A stretch of DNA of 64,000 nt from Candidatus Hydrogenedentota bacterium (GCA_045863335.1 BTVY01000012.1:73008-137007), one strand, 5' to 3'; numbered from the stretch's first letter, positions 1-10,652 are shown. Numbers and translations are program-made. Notes: generated by a model from the letters alone, not told the origin.

Positions 1-12
1 CAATTGTCTCCC

Positions 13-1989
13 ATGCACGAACCTCATGCACTCATGCACGTTGTGGCCCTGTTTGGCACGGCCGTGGTTGCGGCCTGGCTGTTTCGGGTCGTGCGCGCGC
101 CGTCGATCATCGGCTATCTCGTCACCGGGATTGTGATTGGCCCCTCCGGGCTGACACTCATCCCGGAGGAGGAAGTCGCCGGCCTGGCTGAGATGGGGCT
201 GGTGCTCCTCCTGTTTACCATCGGGTTGGAACTCTCGCCCAAACCCCTCCTGCGGATGGGCAGGAGCCTGCTCATCGCGGCGGGACTGCAAATCGGGGGG
301 ACCGCGGCGCTTGCCGCCGGCATTACGAAGGTCCTGACACCTTACGACGTCGTGCCATCGTTGGTGATTGGGTTTGCCGTGGCGCTCAGCAGTACGGCGA
401 TCGTCCTGAAGCAACTTAGCGACCGCGGCGAAACCGGCACCGGCACCGGCATGATCACGACGGGAACGCTGCTCCTTCAAGACGTTATCGTAATCGCCAT
501 CATGCTGTTCCTGCCACTCCTGGCTCCCTCGGGGGACGGCGGGTGGCAAGGAGCGGCAATCCGTGGCGGCGTCGGGTTGATTGGCCTTGGGCTGGCTGCC
601 GTGTTCGGGCGCCACTTGCTTTCCTGGTTTCTGGAGAACATCGTACGCACCGGCGGACGAGAATTGGTTGCCCTGTTCGCGGTTCTAATGGCCTGCGGCG
701 GCGCCTGGCTCGCGGCCCTGGCGGGATGGTCCCCGGCGCTGGGCGCCTGTGTGGCGGGGTTGCTTCTCGCCGAACTGGACGTCCGGCATCAGCTCGTGGC
801 CGACATCATGCCCTTCCGCGATGTATTCAATGCGCTCTTCTTCGTAGCGCTCGGCATGAAGGTCAATCTGGGTTTGCCGGTCGAGCACCTGATCTGGATC
901 GGCGTGGCCATCGGCGTGATTGTGGTTGGCAAATCCATCCTCACGGCAATGGCCATCCGTATCGCCGGTTGGCCGCTCCGGCCTTCCCTCCATGCCGGAA
1001 TTGGACTTTACACGGTAAGTGAATTTGGCTATGTGCTCGGCATGGAAGCCGCAAAACTGGGCATCATTCCCGCGCAAGTGTTGGGCGCGTTCATCGTCTG
1101 CGCCGTGGGGACAATGCTCATCGGCGCGGGAATGGTGCCGCTGGCGGGCCCGCTATCCCTGCGAGCAACCCGACGGTTTGGGTCCCCTGACGGGCCGGGC
1201 GCCGCGCTCCCGGGCGAGTCCGGTACCCACCATGTCATTATCGTGGGCTACGGCATCAACGGCCAGAACCTGGCGCGCGTTCTGAGATCGACGCACATTC
1301 ATCACACGGTGATCGAAATGAACCCGCAGCTCGTCGCGGCGGCCCAGGAGACGGGCGCCGAGGTGATTGTGGGCGATGCCGAGCGCAAGTCCATTCTCGA
1401 GCATGCGGGCATCGCTCACGCCCACACACTCGTGGTGGCGATCAACGACCCCGGGTCGACGCAACGCATCGTGTCCGTGGCGCGCAATTTACGGGCCGAT
1501 CTGTTTATTCTGGCCCGTACCCGCTTTGTTTCGGAACTGGATGCCTTGTATCAGCTCGGCGCAGACCGCGTGATTCCAGAGGACTTTGAAACGTCTATCG
1601 AGATCGCGGCCCACGTGCTCAAGGAAATGGACATCCCCGACAATATCGTCGAAGCGCAGATCGCCGCCGTTCGCGCGGGCCGCTACGGCATGCTCCGTGG
1701 CAAACCCACGGACCGCGCCGCCCACGAGGAATTGATGCAGGTTCTCCAAGCCACGGTCACTCGCACGCACTACGTGACTGCCGATAGTCATGCCGTTGGC
1801 AAGACAATAGCCGAACTGAACTTGCGCGCTGTGACCGGAGCCTCCATCATTGCCGCCGTCCGCAATGGCACCCCCCTCACCAACCCGGCTCCGGACTACG
1901 TCATGCAGGCAGGAGACGTACTGGTCCTCGTAGGGGCCCACGTCCAGTTGGAAGGCGCGAAGTCGCTGCTCCAAGAGCGCGAAGCGTAG
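13..1989 (+). CDS. CPA2-family cation:proton antiporter / Kef-type K+ efflux protein with TrkA-N (RCK_N) and TrkA-C (RCK_C) domains
   Basis: Multiple TM helices with the LLLFTIGLE and ALSSTAIVLK motifs. Rossmann-like HVIIVGYGINGQ, and a C-terminal RCK_C domain (GKTIAELNLR...GDVLVLVG). ATG at 13 preferred over TTG at 4. Confidence 0.9.
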   Translation: MHEPHALMHVVALFGTAVVAAWLFRVVRAPSIIGYLVTGIVIGPSGLTLIPEEEVAGLAEMGLVLLLFTIGLELSPKPLLRMGRSLLIAAGLQIGGTAALAAGITKVLTPYDVVPSLVIGFAVALSSTAIVLKQLSDRGETGTGTGMITTGTLLLQDVIVIAIMLFLPLLAPSGDGGWQGAAIRGGVGLIGLGLAAVFGRHLLSWFLENIVRTGGRELVALFAVLMACGGAWLAALAGWSPALGACVAGLLLAELDVRHQLVADIMPFRDVFNALFFVALGMKVNLGLPVEHLIWIGVAIGVIVVGKSILTAMAIRIAGWPLRPSLHAGIGLYTVSEFGYVLGMEAAKLGIIPAQVLGAFIVCAVGTMLIGAGMVPLAGPLSLRATRRFGSPDGPGAALPGESGTHHVIIVGYGINGQNLARVLRSTHIHHTVIEMNPQLVAAAQETGAEVIVGDAERKSILEHAGIAHAHTLVVAINDPGSTQRIVSVARNLRADLFILARTRFVSELDALYQLGADRVIPEDFETSIEIAAHVLKEMDIPDNIVEAQIAAVRAGRYGMLRGKPTDRAAHEELMQVLQATVTRTHYVTADSHAVGKTIAELNLRAVTGASIIAAVRNGTPLTNPAPDYVMQAGDVLVLVGAHVQLEGAKSLLQEREA

Positions 1990-2085
1990 ACCCCGCACCG
2001 CCTCCCCAACTCCCAAGGGGCAATCCGCGTTCCAAGTTTGCTATGCTGGGGCCGGTGCGATATCGACTGTTGAGGAGCACGCCCG

Positions 2086-3228
2086 ATGGCGCAACAGACC
2101 TACGATGTAATCGTGCTTGGGCTCGGAGGCATGGGAAGCGCCGCCTTGTATCGCCTGGCCGAGTTGGGCGCGCGCGTCTGCGGGATTGAGCGGCATGGCA
2201 TTGCCCACGATCGCGGAAGTTCCCATGGCAACGCGCGGATGTTTCGAAAGGCCTATTTCGAACACCCCTCGTACATGCCGCTTCTCGAGCGCGCCCACGC
2301 CCAATGGCTGAATCTGGAAGAGGCGTCCGGTAAAGATCTCTTCGTTCCGAGCGGGCTTATTCTCTCCGGCGTTCCCGAGTCGCCGCTGATTCGAGGACTC
2401 GATGCCTGCTATGCTGCGCACGAACTTCCGCACCGCAAAATGAGCGCGGAGGAAGCAACACGGGAGTTCCCGCAGTTTGCGTTGCCCGCGGAACATGTCG
2501 TGTACCACGATCCCGAAGCCGGATACCTCCTGCCGGAAACGTGCATCGAGCAGCATGTCGCGCTGGCGCAACAGCAGGGCGCAGACCTTCTCATCCATGA
2601 AGATGCGATCGCGTGGCGATCCGATGGCGCGAGCGTTACGGTAACGACGAACCAGCGCGAGATCACCGCGTCCACTCTCGTGTTGACGGTAGGTCCGTGG
2701 GCGGCATCCACGCTGGGCGAATTGGGCGTGTCCTTTACGGTGCTTCGCAAGGTTCAGTTGTGGTACGCGCGGAACGATATGTCGGCTTATCGCACCGGGA
2801 CGATGCCGTGCTTCTACGTGGATACCGACTATGGCGGGTTCTACGGTTTTCCGGCTTTTTCAGAACTGGGTATCAAAATCGCCGAGCACACTGGGGGCGA
2901 TCCGGTGGACGACCCGGATCGACTGAACCGGGGACTCGACCCCGAAGACGAGACGAAAGTCCGGCGACTACTGGGAGAGACATTTCCCAACATAGACCTG
3001 CACCGCACCCAATTCAGCGTATGCATGTATTCGATGACGGCGGATCACCACTTTATCGTGGATAAGCATCCGCGCCACGAAAACGTCATTATTGCTGCCG
3101 GATTCTCGGGCCATGGATTCAAATTCGCTCCGGTGATTGGCGAGGTGCTCGCCGATCTTGCGGTCGACGGAACCACGATGCATCCCGTGGATCTGTTTAG
3201 ACTCGACCGATTCGCGCACGTGTTCTGA
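2086..3228 (+). CDS. solA: N-methyl-L-tryptophan oxidase / monomeric sarcosine oxidase family FAD oxidase
   Basis: GLGGMGSA FAD-binding motif, HDRGSSHG, CMY (flavinylation Cys) and GFSGHGFKFAP. RBS GAGGAG upstream. Confidence 0.88.
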   Translation: MAQQTYDVIVLGLGGMGSAALYRLAELGARVCGIERHGIAHDRGSSHGNARMFRKAYFEHPSYMPLLERAHAQWLNLEEASGKDLFVPSGLILSGVPESPLIRGLDACYAAHELPHRKMSAEEATREFPQFALPAEHVVYHDPEAGYLLPETCIEQHVALAQQQGADLLIHEDAIAWRSDGASVTVTTNQREITASTLVLTVGPWAASTLGELGVSFTVLRKVQLWYARNDMSAYRTGTMPCFYVDTDYGGFYGFPAFSELGIKIAEHTGGDPVDDPDRLNRGLDPEDETKVRRLLGETFPNIDLHRTQFSVCMYSMTADHHFIVDKHPRHENVIIAAGFSGHGFKFAPVIGEVLADLAVDGTTMHPVDLFRLDRFAHVF

Positions 3229-3303
3229 GCGTTCTGGCTCCGAACGCCGAAAAGGCAAACGCGTCGAATCCCCCAGGCGTGCAACAAAATTGGAGGAAAC
3301 GCT

Positions 3304-4185
3304 ATGCCCGACAGTGTAATCACGGATGAACAAGTGCGGTTCTTTCGCGAGAACGGCTACTTCATACTGCGAAGCGTCGTCCACGGCGAAGAGTTTTCCC
3401 GGCTGCGCAAGGCCATGGATCGCCTGACGGAGTACGGCAAGCTCGGCGTCCTGGGCGAACCGGACTTTCTCTACGAACCCGGCCCGCGCTCGGGCACGCG
3501 CGTGCTGCGACGGATCGAGTACATCCTGGACAAGACCGACGAAGCGAAGGTGCTGATGGGCCACCCCTTTATTCTGCGGTCCGTAGAGAAACTGGCGGGG
3601 AAAGATTTCATCCCCACGTGGGATTCCCTGGTTACGAAGCTTCCCAAGGAAGGCATCGAGGTCCCGTGGCATCGGGACGCGGACATGAAGTACATGGGCG
3701 ACACGCCCATCTTCAGTGTGGATTTTTACCTGGACGCCGCCGACGAAGATACGTGCCTATGGGTTCTGCCGGGAAGCCACCGCTGGAGCACGGCGGATGC
3801 GGAACGGGCCGTCGAACGTCCGGGATTTGAAACGAAGGGCGCCAAGCCCATGCTGATGCAACCCGGCGACGTGTTGTTCCACAACATTTTCCTGTTGCAC
3901 GGGTCCAAGGAAAACATTTCGAACAAGACGCGGCGTGTAGTGTACTTCGAGTTCCGGACGGCTCACATCGAAGCGGAAAAGGGTCCGCACACCCCCGAGT
4001 ACATACCGCTCAAACAACAGATACTCATGGATTGCATCGAGCGGCGGAAGGCCGCGCCGTATGTTTCGAAAGACGAAACGCCGTACACGTATGCGCCAAG
4101 TGCGCCGTGGACCGTGGAACCGGCGGCGGAGCCATTGTCATCGCACCGAGTGCCTCACGAGGATTACTGGCGCGAAGCGAAGTAG
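3304..4185 (+). CDS. phytanoyl-CoA dioxygenase (PhyH) family Fe/2OG dioxygenase
   Basis: FFRENGY, PWHRD (HxD), LWVLPGSH and PGDVLFH...LHGS motifs. RBS GGAGG. Confidence 0.88.
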   Translation: MPDSVITDEQVRFFRENGYFILRSVVHGEEFSRLRKAMDRLTEYGKLGVLGEPDFLYEPGPRSGTRVLRRIEYILDKTDEAKVLMGHPFILRSVEKLAGKDFIPTWDSLVTKLPKEGIEVPWHRDADMKYMGDTPIFSVDFYLDAADEDTCLWVLPGSHRWSTADAERAVERPGFETKGAKPMLMQPGDVLFHNIFLLHGSKENISNKTRRVVYFEFRTAHIEAEKGPHTPEYIPLKQQILMDCIERRKAAPYVSKDETPYTYAPSAPWTVEPAAEPLSSHRVPHEDYWREAK

Positions 4186-4188
4186 CGG

Positions 4189-4617
4189 CTACGCCGGCTG
4201 CGGCAGGATGTACAGCATGACGTAGATCAAGACGCCGGTGATCGACACGTACATCCACACCGGCCATACCCAGCGCGTGATTCGGGTGTGCGTGTCGAAC
4301 TTGCCTTGCGCCGCGAAATACACGGCGGCCAGAATGAAGGGCGTCATCAGCGCCGCGAGCGGCGTGTGGCTCAGCAGGATGGCGAAGTAGATCGCCCGCA
4401 TGGCGCCCTGTCCCTGATAGCGCGTGATGCCGACGGCGGTGTAGTGATAATAGAGGTAGCAGACCAGAAACGCGGCCGACGCGACGAGTGCGGCAATCAT
4501 GATCTTCTTGTGCCGCTCCCGGTCGCCCGACTTGATCGCGCGCCAACCCAGGAACAAGAGTACTGCCGCGACGCCGTTGAGCGACGCGTTGATGGTGGGA
4601 AGCAAGGGAAGACTCAT
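4189..4617 (-). CDS. DUF420 family membrane protein (cytochrome oxidase assembly-associated)
   Basis: LPTINASLN, HKKIM, YFAILLSH and WMYVSITGV motifs; 4 TM helices; follows the SCO gene. Confidence 0.88.
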   Translation of the reverse strand: MSLPLLPTINASLNGVAAVLLFLGWRAIKSGDRERHKKIMIAALVASAAFLVCYLYYHYTAVGITRYQGQGAMRAIYFAILLSHTPLAALMTPFILAAVYFAAQGKFDTHTRITRWVWPVWMYVSITGVLIYVMLYILPQPA

Positions 4618-5243
4618 CAGCCCTCGCCCCGGAGCAGCCGGTCGATGTCCTCGCCGAGCCGGTGGGCGTCCGCCTCGTCCATGCCGTCGTAATACCCGCG
4701 AATATGGCCTTTCGCATCGATGAGCACGAAGCGCTGGCTATGACCCATGGGCGTCTCCGGCACGCCGACCTTGAACCCCTCTTCGCTGGCCATGCGATTG
4801 ATCTCCTCGATGGGTCCCGTCAGAAAGTGCCACCTCGAGCTATCGATCTCGTGTGTCTTCGCGTACTCGGCAAGAACTGCCGGCGTATCGGTATCGGGAT
4901 CCGTCGAGAAGGAAACGAACTTTACACGGTCGTCGCCCGCGTACTTGTCGTGGAGGATCTTCATGTTCTTCGTCATGACCGGACACGCGCCCTGGCAGGA
5001 GGTCAGGAAGAGATCGGCCACCCAGATCTTCCCGGCAAGCTGGCTGCCCCTGAATTCGGAACCCGTCGAATCGGTGAGCGTGAAATCCGGAACGGCCCCC
5101 ACGTCGTAGAGCGAGTCGGGCTCGATTTGCACTTCCGGGGCGGCCTTTACCGCGGTTGACCGTTGAAGGAGGATGGGCGCAACGCTCAGGGCCACGAGGA
5201 TGAGAGCAAGGACAACGATGAGGGCGATTCTTCGCGAATGCAT
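4617..5243 (-). CDS. SCO1/SenC family copper chaperone
   Basis: FLTSCQGACP (CxxxC), DPDTDTP and HSQRFVLID motifs; N-terminal membrane anchor. Confidence 0.92.
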   Translation of the reverse strand: MHSRRIALIVVLALILVALSVAPILLQRSTAVKAAPEVQIEPDSLYDVGAVPDFTLTDSTGSEFRGSQLAGKIWVADLFLTSCQGACPVMTKNMKILHDKYAGDDRVKFVSFSTDPDTDTPAVLAEYAKTHEIDSSRWHFLTGPIEEINRMASEEGFKVGVPETPMGHSQRFVLIDAKGHIRGYYDGMDEADAHRLGEDIDRLLRGEG

Positions 5244-5301
5244 GATACGGTTCCCGGTACTGCTTAAAACACCATATTCGATGCCGCCTCCGAAGACGGC
5301 G

Positions 5302-6195
5302 TTACAAACTGAAGTCTATCACGATCAACATCAACAAGAGCGGAAGGTACAGCACGGACGTCTTCAACACCCGTCGCGCATCGGTCACGGACCCGCTGCG
5401 GACCAGCGGAAAACAAGACGCCAGCATGTAAAGGCCCAGCAGGACCGCCCCGACAAGGTAGAAGTAACCGGAGAGGCCAATGAACGTCGGCAACAACGAT
5501 ACGGGGATCAGCACCACCGCGAACCCCACGATCTGCCGGAAGGTGCGTTTACCGGCGGGGTCATCCACCGGCAACATCTTGAACCCGCCCTTGCGGTAGT
5601 CGTCTTTGAAAATCCACGCGATGGAGTAGAAGTGCGGCTGTTGCCACACGAACAGGATCAGAAACAAAACCCATGCGCCCGCTTCGACTTGCCCCGTCGC
5701 GGCTGTCCAACCGCCCATGGGCGGCAGCGCGCCCGGCACCGCGCCGATGAGCGTGTTCAACCAGGACACCCGCTTCATGGGGGTATAAACCAGCACGTAC
5801 AGGAACGCGGTGAGCAGCGCTAGAAACGCGGTAATCAGGTTGACCTTCCACATGAGCAGCATCACGCCGCCCAACACGAGGTACTCCCCCATCAACAGTG
5901 CGTGATTCGCCGGGACCGCGCCGGACGGGATGGGCCGGTTTCGCGTGCGATCCATGCGCGCGTCAATGTCGCGCTCGAGGAAATGATTCAGCGCGCCGGA
6001 CCCGCCGGAGACCATGGCCACGCCGATGAGCGTGTAGATGAGTCCCTGGAACGAGTCCCATCCATGAAACCCGATGCCGCCCATGAAATACCCCAAAGTG
6101 GCGGTAACCAACACCAACGACGTAATACGCGGTTTGGTGAGGTCCAGATAGGCCCCATAAGGGACAGCACGAAGTCGAACAGCTACTGCGGACAC
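5302..6195 (-). CDS. cyoE: heme o synthase (protoheme IX farnesyltransferase)
   Basis: LTKPRIT, ERDIDARMDRTRNRPIP, YTPMKR, GALPPMGGW and WQQPHF motifs. Confidence 0.95.
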   Translation of the reverse strand: MSAVAVRLRAVPYGAYLDLTKPRITSLVLVTATLGYFMGGIGFHGWDSFQGLIYTLIGVAMVSGGSGALNHFLERDIDARMDRTRNRPIPSGAVPANHALLMGEYLVLGGVMLLMWKVNLITAFLALLTAFLYVLVYTPMKRVSWLNTLIGAVPGALPPMGGWTAATGQVEAGAWVLFLILFVWQQPHFYSIAWIFKDDYRKGGFKMLPVDDPAGKRTFRQIVGFAVVLIPVSLLPTFIGLSGYFYLVGAVLLGLYMLASCFPLVRSGSVTDARRVLKTSVLYLPLLLMLIVIDFSL

Positions 6196-6411
6196 GGGGA
6201 AACGTACCTCGTCTCGTTGAACGTACAGCCAATCACGGTAGAATCCGGCCCACCAGGACAGACCGGAAGCAAGGAGTATAGCGAAAACCCGCTTCGAAAT
6301 TCGACAAACCCTTGGTCAGGCAGGAAAACACCGCCGAGTCGCGAACTATTTCACGATATGTGGTCTATTTTTGAGCGTAGATTCTGCAGCCCCGGTGCCG
6401 GTGAAAACCGG

Positions 6412-7197
6412 TCAGGGACGTGGCATGGGGACCCGTTCGCCCTTCTGGACGCGCTTTAATTGGTCCAGTAAGTCCCCCGCGTTTTCCCGGATGGACCGAT
6501 TGAAACCGGATTTAGTGTCTACGTGTGACTTGGAGACGTCACGGAGCGCGTCGATGGCTTGATCCAGCGGAGGGTACATGAAAAGGGCCACCAGTGCGCA
6601 CTGACACAAAGATTCGCGGGGTCCACCCACGTAGCCCGCGTCTGGTTCGGCGTCGACTCCGACGAAGGCGCGCGACGTTGCCTTCTTGACAAGTTCTATG
6701 TTCCTATCATTGCCCGAGAGAGCCAAATATCCAATCGCCGGCGCCACGGAATTCATGGCTTCGTCGGGAAGATCTGCGGCGGATTCGATTAAGCCACGAG
6801 CGAGTGTTTCAACGCGGACATCCTGCACACCCTTCCATGCAACGGACAAGGCGACCTGTACGACTGGCCAATTGGGTGGATCCTGCGCATACGCATCGAA
6901 AAGCGTCGTGACTATATAGGCTTCTTCATCTGGAGGACGTGGTGATTTGTGCCACGCCGCCATCGCTTGGCGCCTAACCGCGTCCGGTACAGTGAAGTCT
7001 CCCAAGTATATTGCATCATGTTCGTTCGTCGTTTCCTCGTTGAGCGCGAATAGCCTCGGATCGCTCTCCTTCAGCAACATGACTTCCGGCGTGAATTTTT
7101 GGTCGTATTGTGGGGGCGGGGTCTCGCAGTATGCCCATGCACCAATGAATATCGATGCGGCCACATAATTTAACAATTGTCGGGATCGCATTTGCAT
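6412..7197 (-). CDS. hypothetical secreted helical (HEAT-like?) protein
   Basis: 261-aa ORF with a signal-peptide-like N terminus and amphipathic helices. No recognisable catalytic motif; codon usage is atypical. Confidence 0.6.
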   Translation of the reverse strand: MQMRSRQLLNYVAASIFIGAWAYCETPPPQYDQKFTPEVMLLKESDPRLFALNEETTNEHDAIYLGDFTVPDAVRRQAMAAWHKSPRPPDEEAYIVTTLFDAYAQDPPNWPVVQVALSVAWKGVQDVRVETLARGLIESAADLPDEAMNSVAPAIGYLALSGNDRNIELVKKATSRAFVGVDAEPDAGYVGGPRESLCQCALVALFMYPPLDQAIDALRDVSKSHVDTKSGFNRSIRENAGDLLDQLKRVQKGERVPMPRP

Positions 7198-7310
7198 GGC
7201 AAGTCCCCGTTGCGCTTTGCCCGATCCAAGCGAATGTCACACGGCGCTCGAGCTTCCAGTGGTCGTCGTTCCCATTTAATCCTGTGGCGATGGCTTGAGT
7301 TCCAAAGTAA

Positions 7311-7422
7311 TCGCGCGGTCGGCGACCGCGCGAGACTTTGTAGAGAGTCTACTGGCGTGGAGCAGCGTAATTCCTTCCCGTTCCTGGGGTTCTCTGGAAT
7401 GCCGCGCTCGGCGAGCGCGGCA
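7311..7422. repeat. REP-like palindrome doublet
   Basis: TCGCGCGGTC-GGC-GACCGCGCGA (7311-7333) and TGCCGCGCTC-GGC-GAGCGCGGCA (7400-7422). Both are perfect 10-bp stems with the same 3-nt loop. Confidence 0.7.
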
Positions 7423-7458
7423 GCACGAACGACAAACAAATCACACAACAGAAGATGG

Positions 7459-7551
7459 CTATCCCGCATGGACCATCAGGTTGGCCACGAGTTTGGCGAA
7501 CTCGCCCGGGTTGGGAGGCTGATTACCTTCGGCGAGAGCCGCCTGGCCGTA
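7459..7551 (-). pseudogene. htpG: orphan duplicate of the htpG 3' end (30 codons plus stop)
   Basis: Minus strand reads YGQAALAEGNQPPNPGEFAKLVANLMVHAG*, versus YGQAALAEGNQPPNPGQFAKLVADLMVQVK* at 13396-13488. The stop is at the same position. Confidence 0.93.
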
Positions 7552-7585
7552 AGTTAATACAAGAAAATGAATTACGCACAGACAC

Positions 7586-10549
7586 TTATAATTCCCCATC
7601 TTCATCGTGTGCCATAGAATCCATTATCTCGTTCGACAGGTCGAAGTCGACGATGGTTTCATAGCCTGCGCGCAGTTCCGCTTGATAACTCAGGTGTCTT
7701 CGTTGCGCCCTCAAGAATAACGTGACATCCACTATCCCCTCGGGCAGACCTTCGATTGCATATTCGCCGGATTCTGGTACTTCCACGGTTAGTCCATCAC
7801 CATCGGGAAAACTGGCATACACGGAACAATTTTCCGGAGTGGAACCATTGACCAGTACCGTGCCGCTGACAACGGCTTCCGGCGCCAAGTTTATCTGCAC
7901 CTCGGATCGCTCGGACGGAGGGAAAAAAACGCGCGACGGCGCCCATCCCGCTGCGACAACCGTAAGCTCCACCGTCGTGTCTGTAGGCAGGACAGAGGAC
8001 TCGATCTCGAAGACACCATCCTGGGTACTCACGGCCGCCGCGCCGCTGGATGGAAATGGCATCCGGTGTGCTCCAACGTACACCTTTGCTCCGGATACGG
8101 GTCGTCCGTCGTTTCCCAGGATTTTTCCTCGCAGTGGCGGTCCAGAAGGGTCAAGGGACACAATCACCCCTTCTTTAGATTCACCGTCATGAACCGCGCC
8201 CAGTTTGACGACGGTCTGTGCGAATCCTGAAGCGCGAACGCCAAGTTGAATAAATCCCGGAGCCACAGTCATAACGAATGCCCCGTTCGGGTCCGATATC
8301 AACTGTGCTTCCGTTTCAAACGCTTGCCCTATATCTGCAACTCCACGTACAGCACACATACGAAATGCAGTAACCGGACTTCCCGTGCCGGAATCTATCA
8401 CACGGCCTGAGACCGTTGCGGGGCGTGGCAGAATGAAATCGACGCCTTCCGAACCTGCCGGAACGGTCCGGCTTTGGGAGCGGGCAAAGATCGCCGCACC
8501 CACCCCGCGTCGACTGGGGCTCGCTTCCACGGTGTAGTCTCCTGCGGGAAGCCCCCATAATTCATAGGAACCGTCTATTTCAGAACTATCTGAAACGGGA
8601 GTTCGCCGTCCGTCGACCTCGGTACGAATCGTCGCGCCCCGGACCGGGCCGCCGTCCTCGTATAACACATGCCCCCGAATGCTCAGTAAAGAATCGTCCA
8701 ACACGATTCGCAGCCCCGCCAGGTGCTCGCCAGAACCCAGGGTTATCTGCATTGCACTGGCGGTAGACCCCCAGTCACCCTGCAAAGTCCCTTTCCCGCC
8801 CACCTTCAGGTCATGCACGCCCTCGCAGAGCCCGGCAATAGTGAATGCGCCCTCCATATCCGTAAAGGTAAGAGCTTCACCGAGTAACCACGGCACGTCA
8901 CCTAATGGCTCCAGCATTACCCCTACCCGCGCGGGCCGATTGAACGAGTCGACGACCCTACCGGAAACCGCACAGTTCCGCGCGACATCAAGTGTCACGG
9001 TGACGTCCTCTTCACCGGGAGAATACGGACCATGGGGTGTGCTCGCGCGGTCCGTCGTCCAAGCCACAAGGGTGACGCTTTCGCCGGTCCCGCATCCGTA
9101 CAGGTCGAAATGCCCCTCAGAATCGCAGGCCGTTTCAAAGGTTCTTGCCGTCACCTTGGCGAAGGGCGCCGGTTCCCCGGTAGGAAGGACTACGGTACCC
9201 GAGAGCGCAAGACCAAGTTCGGGCAAGGTGAAGTCCACGCCCTCGACGGCCTGGCCTGGATTCACCCTTATCAAGCGACTTGGCCCCAGTATCGTCCACC
9301 CCAGCATGGCGTACGGATGGGGCGGGTTCATGGATATTGCATACAAGGCCGGCGCCAATCCACGCACTTCGTAGCTTCCATCCGGTGCCGCGCTCACGGC
9401 TAATCGCCCGGGGACTGTATGCGTGGGCTCGACAGGCCCCGCCCCGATGGTTGCCCCTGCAACGCCCTCACCCGTGCCCGATACGAAAACGCGACCACGC
9501 ACCACGCCACCTTCGTCAAGTCGCAGTTCCACATCGGTCACATCTTGCGAGTCAAACACCTGAAACGTGCTGTCCGTATTGACAACTATGAGGCGCAGAT
9601 CGCCGGACGCCAGCATATAGGTTCCTTCCGGCAATGCCTCGAAAGCGAACTTCCCCGCATCGTCAGCGAGTGTCTCTTCCTGCTGCGTCCCACTGACCTC
9701 TTTCGCCACGACTTTGACACCGGGAACGGGTGCGCCATCCGAGGCATGAACACAGCGACCCGAAAGCGAACCGCCTCGCAATATTGTAATTGTCACCCCG
9801 GCCGTACCAACGTCGATCGGTTCAGTCATCCGAGTCGCAAATCCCGAGGCAGAAACGCGCAAGCGCCACGCATAAGGTAGCAAGGAAGTAAGGGTGAATT
9901 GACCGTCGGTGCCAGTATCGCAAGCAAAACTCCGTTCCACGGCTGGAGGAACCGGCCAATCATTATGGACCGCAGGAGCCACATAGGCGCCGGAAATCGA
10001 GCTGCCGCTCGCGTCAACGACCGTGCCGCTTATCGAACCACCTTCGCGGAGAACCAGCATCACGACGCCAGACGCGACACCGGACTTCACCAGGACACTT
10101 TCCCAGGCGATTGCCGCATCCTTCTGCGCCACAACTACGTAAGCGCCATCCGATACCGTTCGAAAGACAAACCGGCCCGTTTCATCGCTGTGTTCGATCG
10201 GCGGCGCATCGCCGGTTTCCGGCCAGACTCCCGCCAAAATTCCATGCACGGAAGGATACAGTTGGACTTGGGAGTCGGGCACCGGCTCGCCGTACGGGTC
10301 CAGCACCCAACCGGGAACGACGCCACCAGCCCGGCTCACTGCGCTGGCCGTGGAGGGCGCAGTTGCGCGCGTGGGCACAGCGGCTTTTCTGGGGATGGGC
10401 CGCGATTGCTCGCGAACTGGCACTCTCGGCTTGGATACTTCGTCGCGGTTATTCTTTACCGGCCAGTGGCCGCTCTGGAAAAGAGCCAACACGATTGCGA
10501 GGATGCACAAGACAAGGCACCACGCCACCACCCACCATCTACTCCGCAT
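7586..10549 (-). CDS. membrane-anchored protein with tandem carboxypeptidase-regulatory-like (transthyretin-like beta-sandwich) repeats
   Basis: N-terminal TM helix followed by repeated (I/V)SGxVxDxxGxPVxGAxV...TDxxGxFxxxxLxxGxY units. RBS AGGAG before the ATG at 10549. Confidence 0.85.
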   Translation of the reverse strand: MRSRWWVVAWCLVLCILAIVLALFQSGHWPVKNNRDEVSKPRVPVREQSRPIPRKAAVPTRATAPSTASAVSRAGGVVPGWVLDPYGEPVPDSQVQLYPSVHGILAGVWPETGDAPPIEHSDETGRFVFRTVSDGAYVVVAQKDAAIAWESVLVKSGVASGVVMLVLREGGSISGTVVDASGSSISGAYVAPAVHNDWPVPPAVERSFACDTGTDGQFTLTSLLPYAWRLRVSASGFATRMTEPIDVGTAGVTITILRGGSLSGRCVHASDGAPVPGVKVVAKEVSGTQQEETLADDAGKFAFEALPEGTYMLASGDLRLIVVNTDSTFQVFDSQDVTDVELRLDEGGVVRGRVFVSGTGEGVAGATIGAGPVEPTHTVPGRLAVSAAPDGSYEVRGLAPALYAISMNPPHPYAMLGWTILGPSRLIRVNPGQAVEGVDFTLPELGLALSGTVVLPTGEPAPFAKVTARTFETACDSEGHFDLYGCGTGESVTLVAWTTDRASTPHGPYSPGEEDVTVTLDVARNCAVSGRVVDSFNRPARVGVMLEPLGDVPWLLGEALTFTDMEGAFTIAGLCEGVHDLKVGGKGTLQGDWGSTASAMQITLGSGEHLAGLRIVLDDSLLSIRGHVLYEDGGPVRGATIRTEVDGRRTPVSDSSEIDGSYELWGLPAGDYTVEASPSRRGVGAAIFARSQSRTVPAGSEGVDFILPRPATVSGRVIDSGTGSPVTAFRMCAVRGVADIGQAFETEAQLISDPNGAFVMTVAPGFIQLGVRASGFAQTVVKLGAVHDGESKEGVIVSLDPSGPPLRGKILGNDGRPVSGAKVYVGAHRMPFPSSGAAAVSTQDGVFEIESSVLPTDTTVELTVVAAGWAPSRVFFPPSERSEVQINLAPEAVVSGTVLVNGSTPENCSVYASFPDGDGLTVEVPESGEYAIEGLPEGIVDVTLFLRAQRRHLSYQAELRAGYETIVDFDLSNEIMDSMAHDEDGEL

Positions 10550-10652
10550 TTCATCAATCTCCTGGACGGCGAGCAAACTCTGGACACAAGCGGTACGTCC
10601 GACTCAGAAATGAATCGCACCAGAAGCATTGGGCATTGGTGCTTGCGCGGTG

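Noticed and set aside
7170-7664. Short ORFs 7170-7469, 7177-7557, 7295-7522 and 7455-7664
   Set aside because: They overlap the palindromes and the htpG remnant, which explain the region better.
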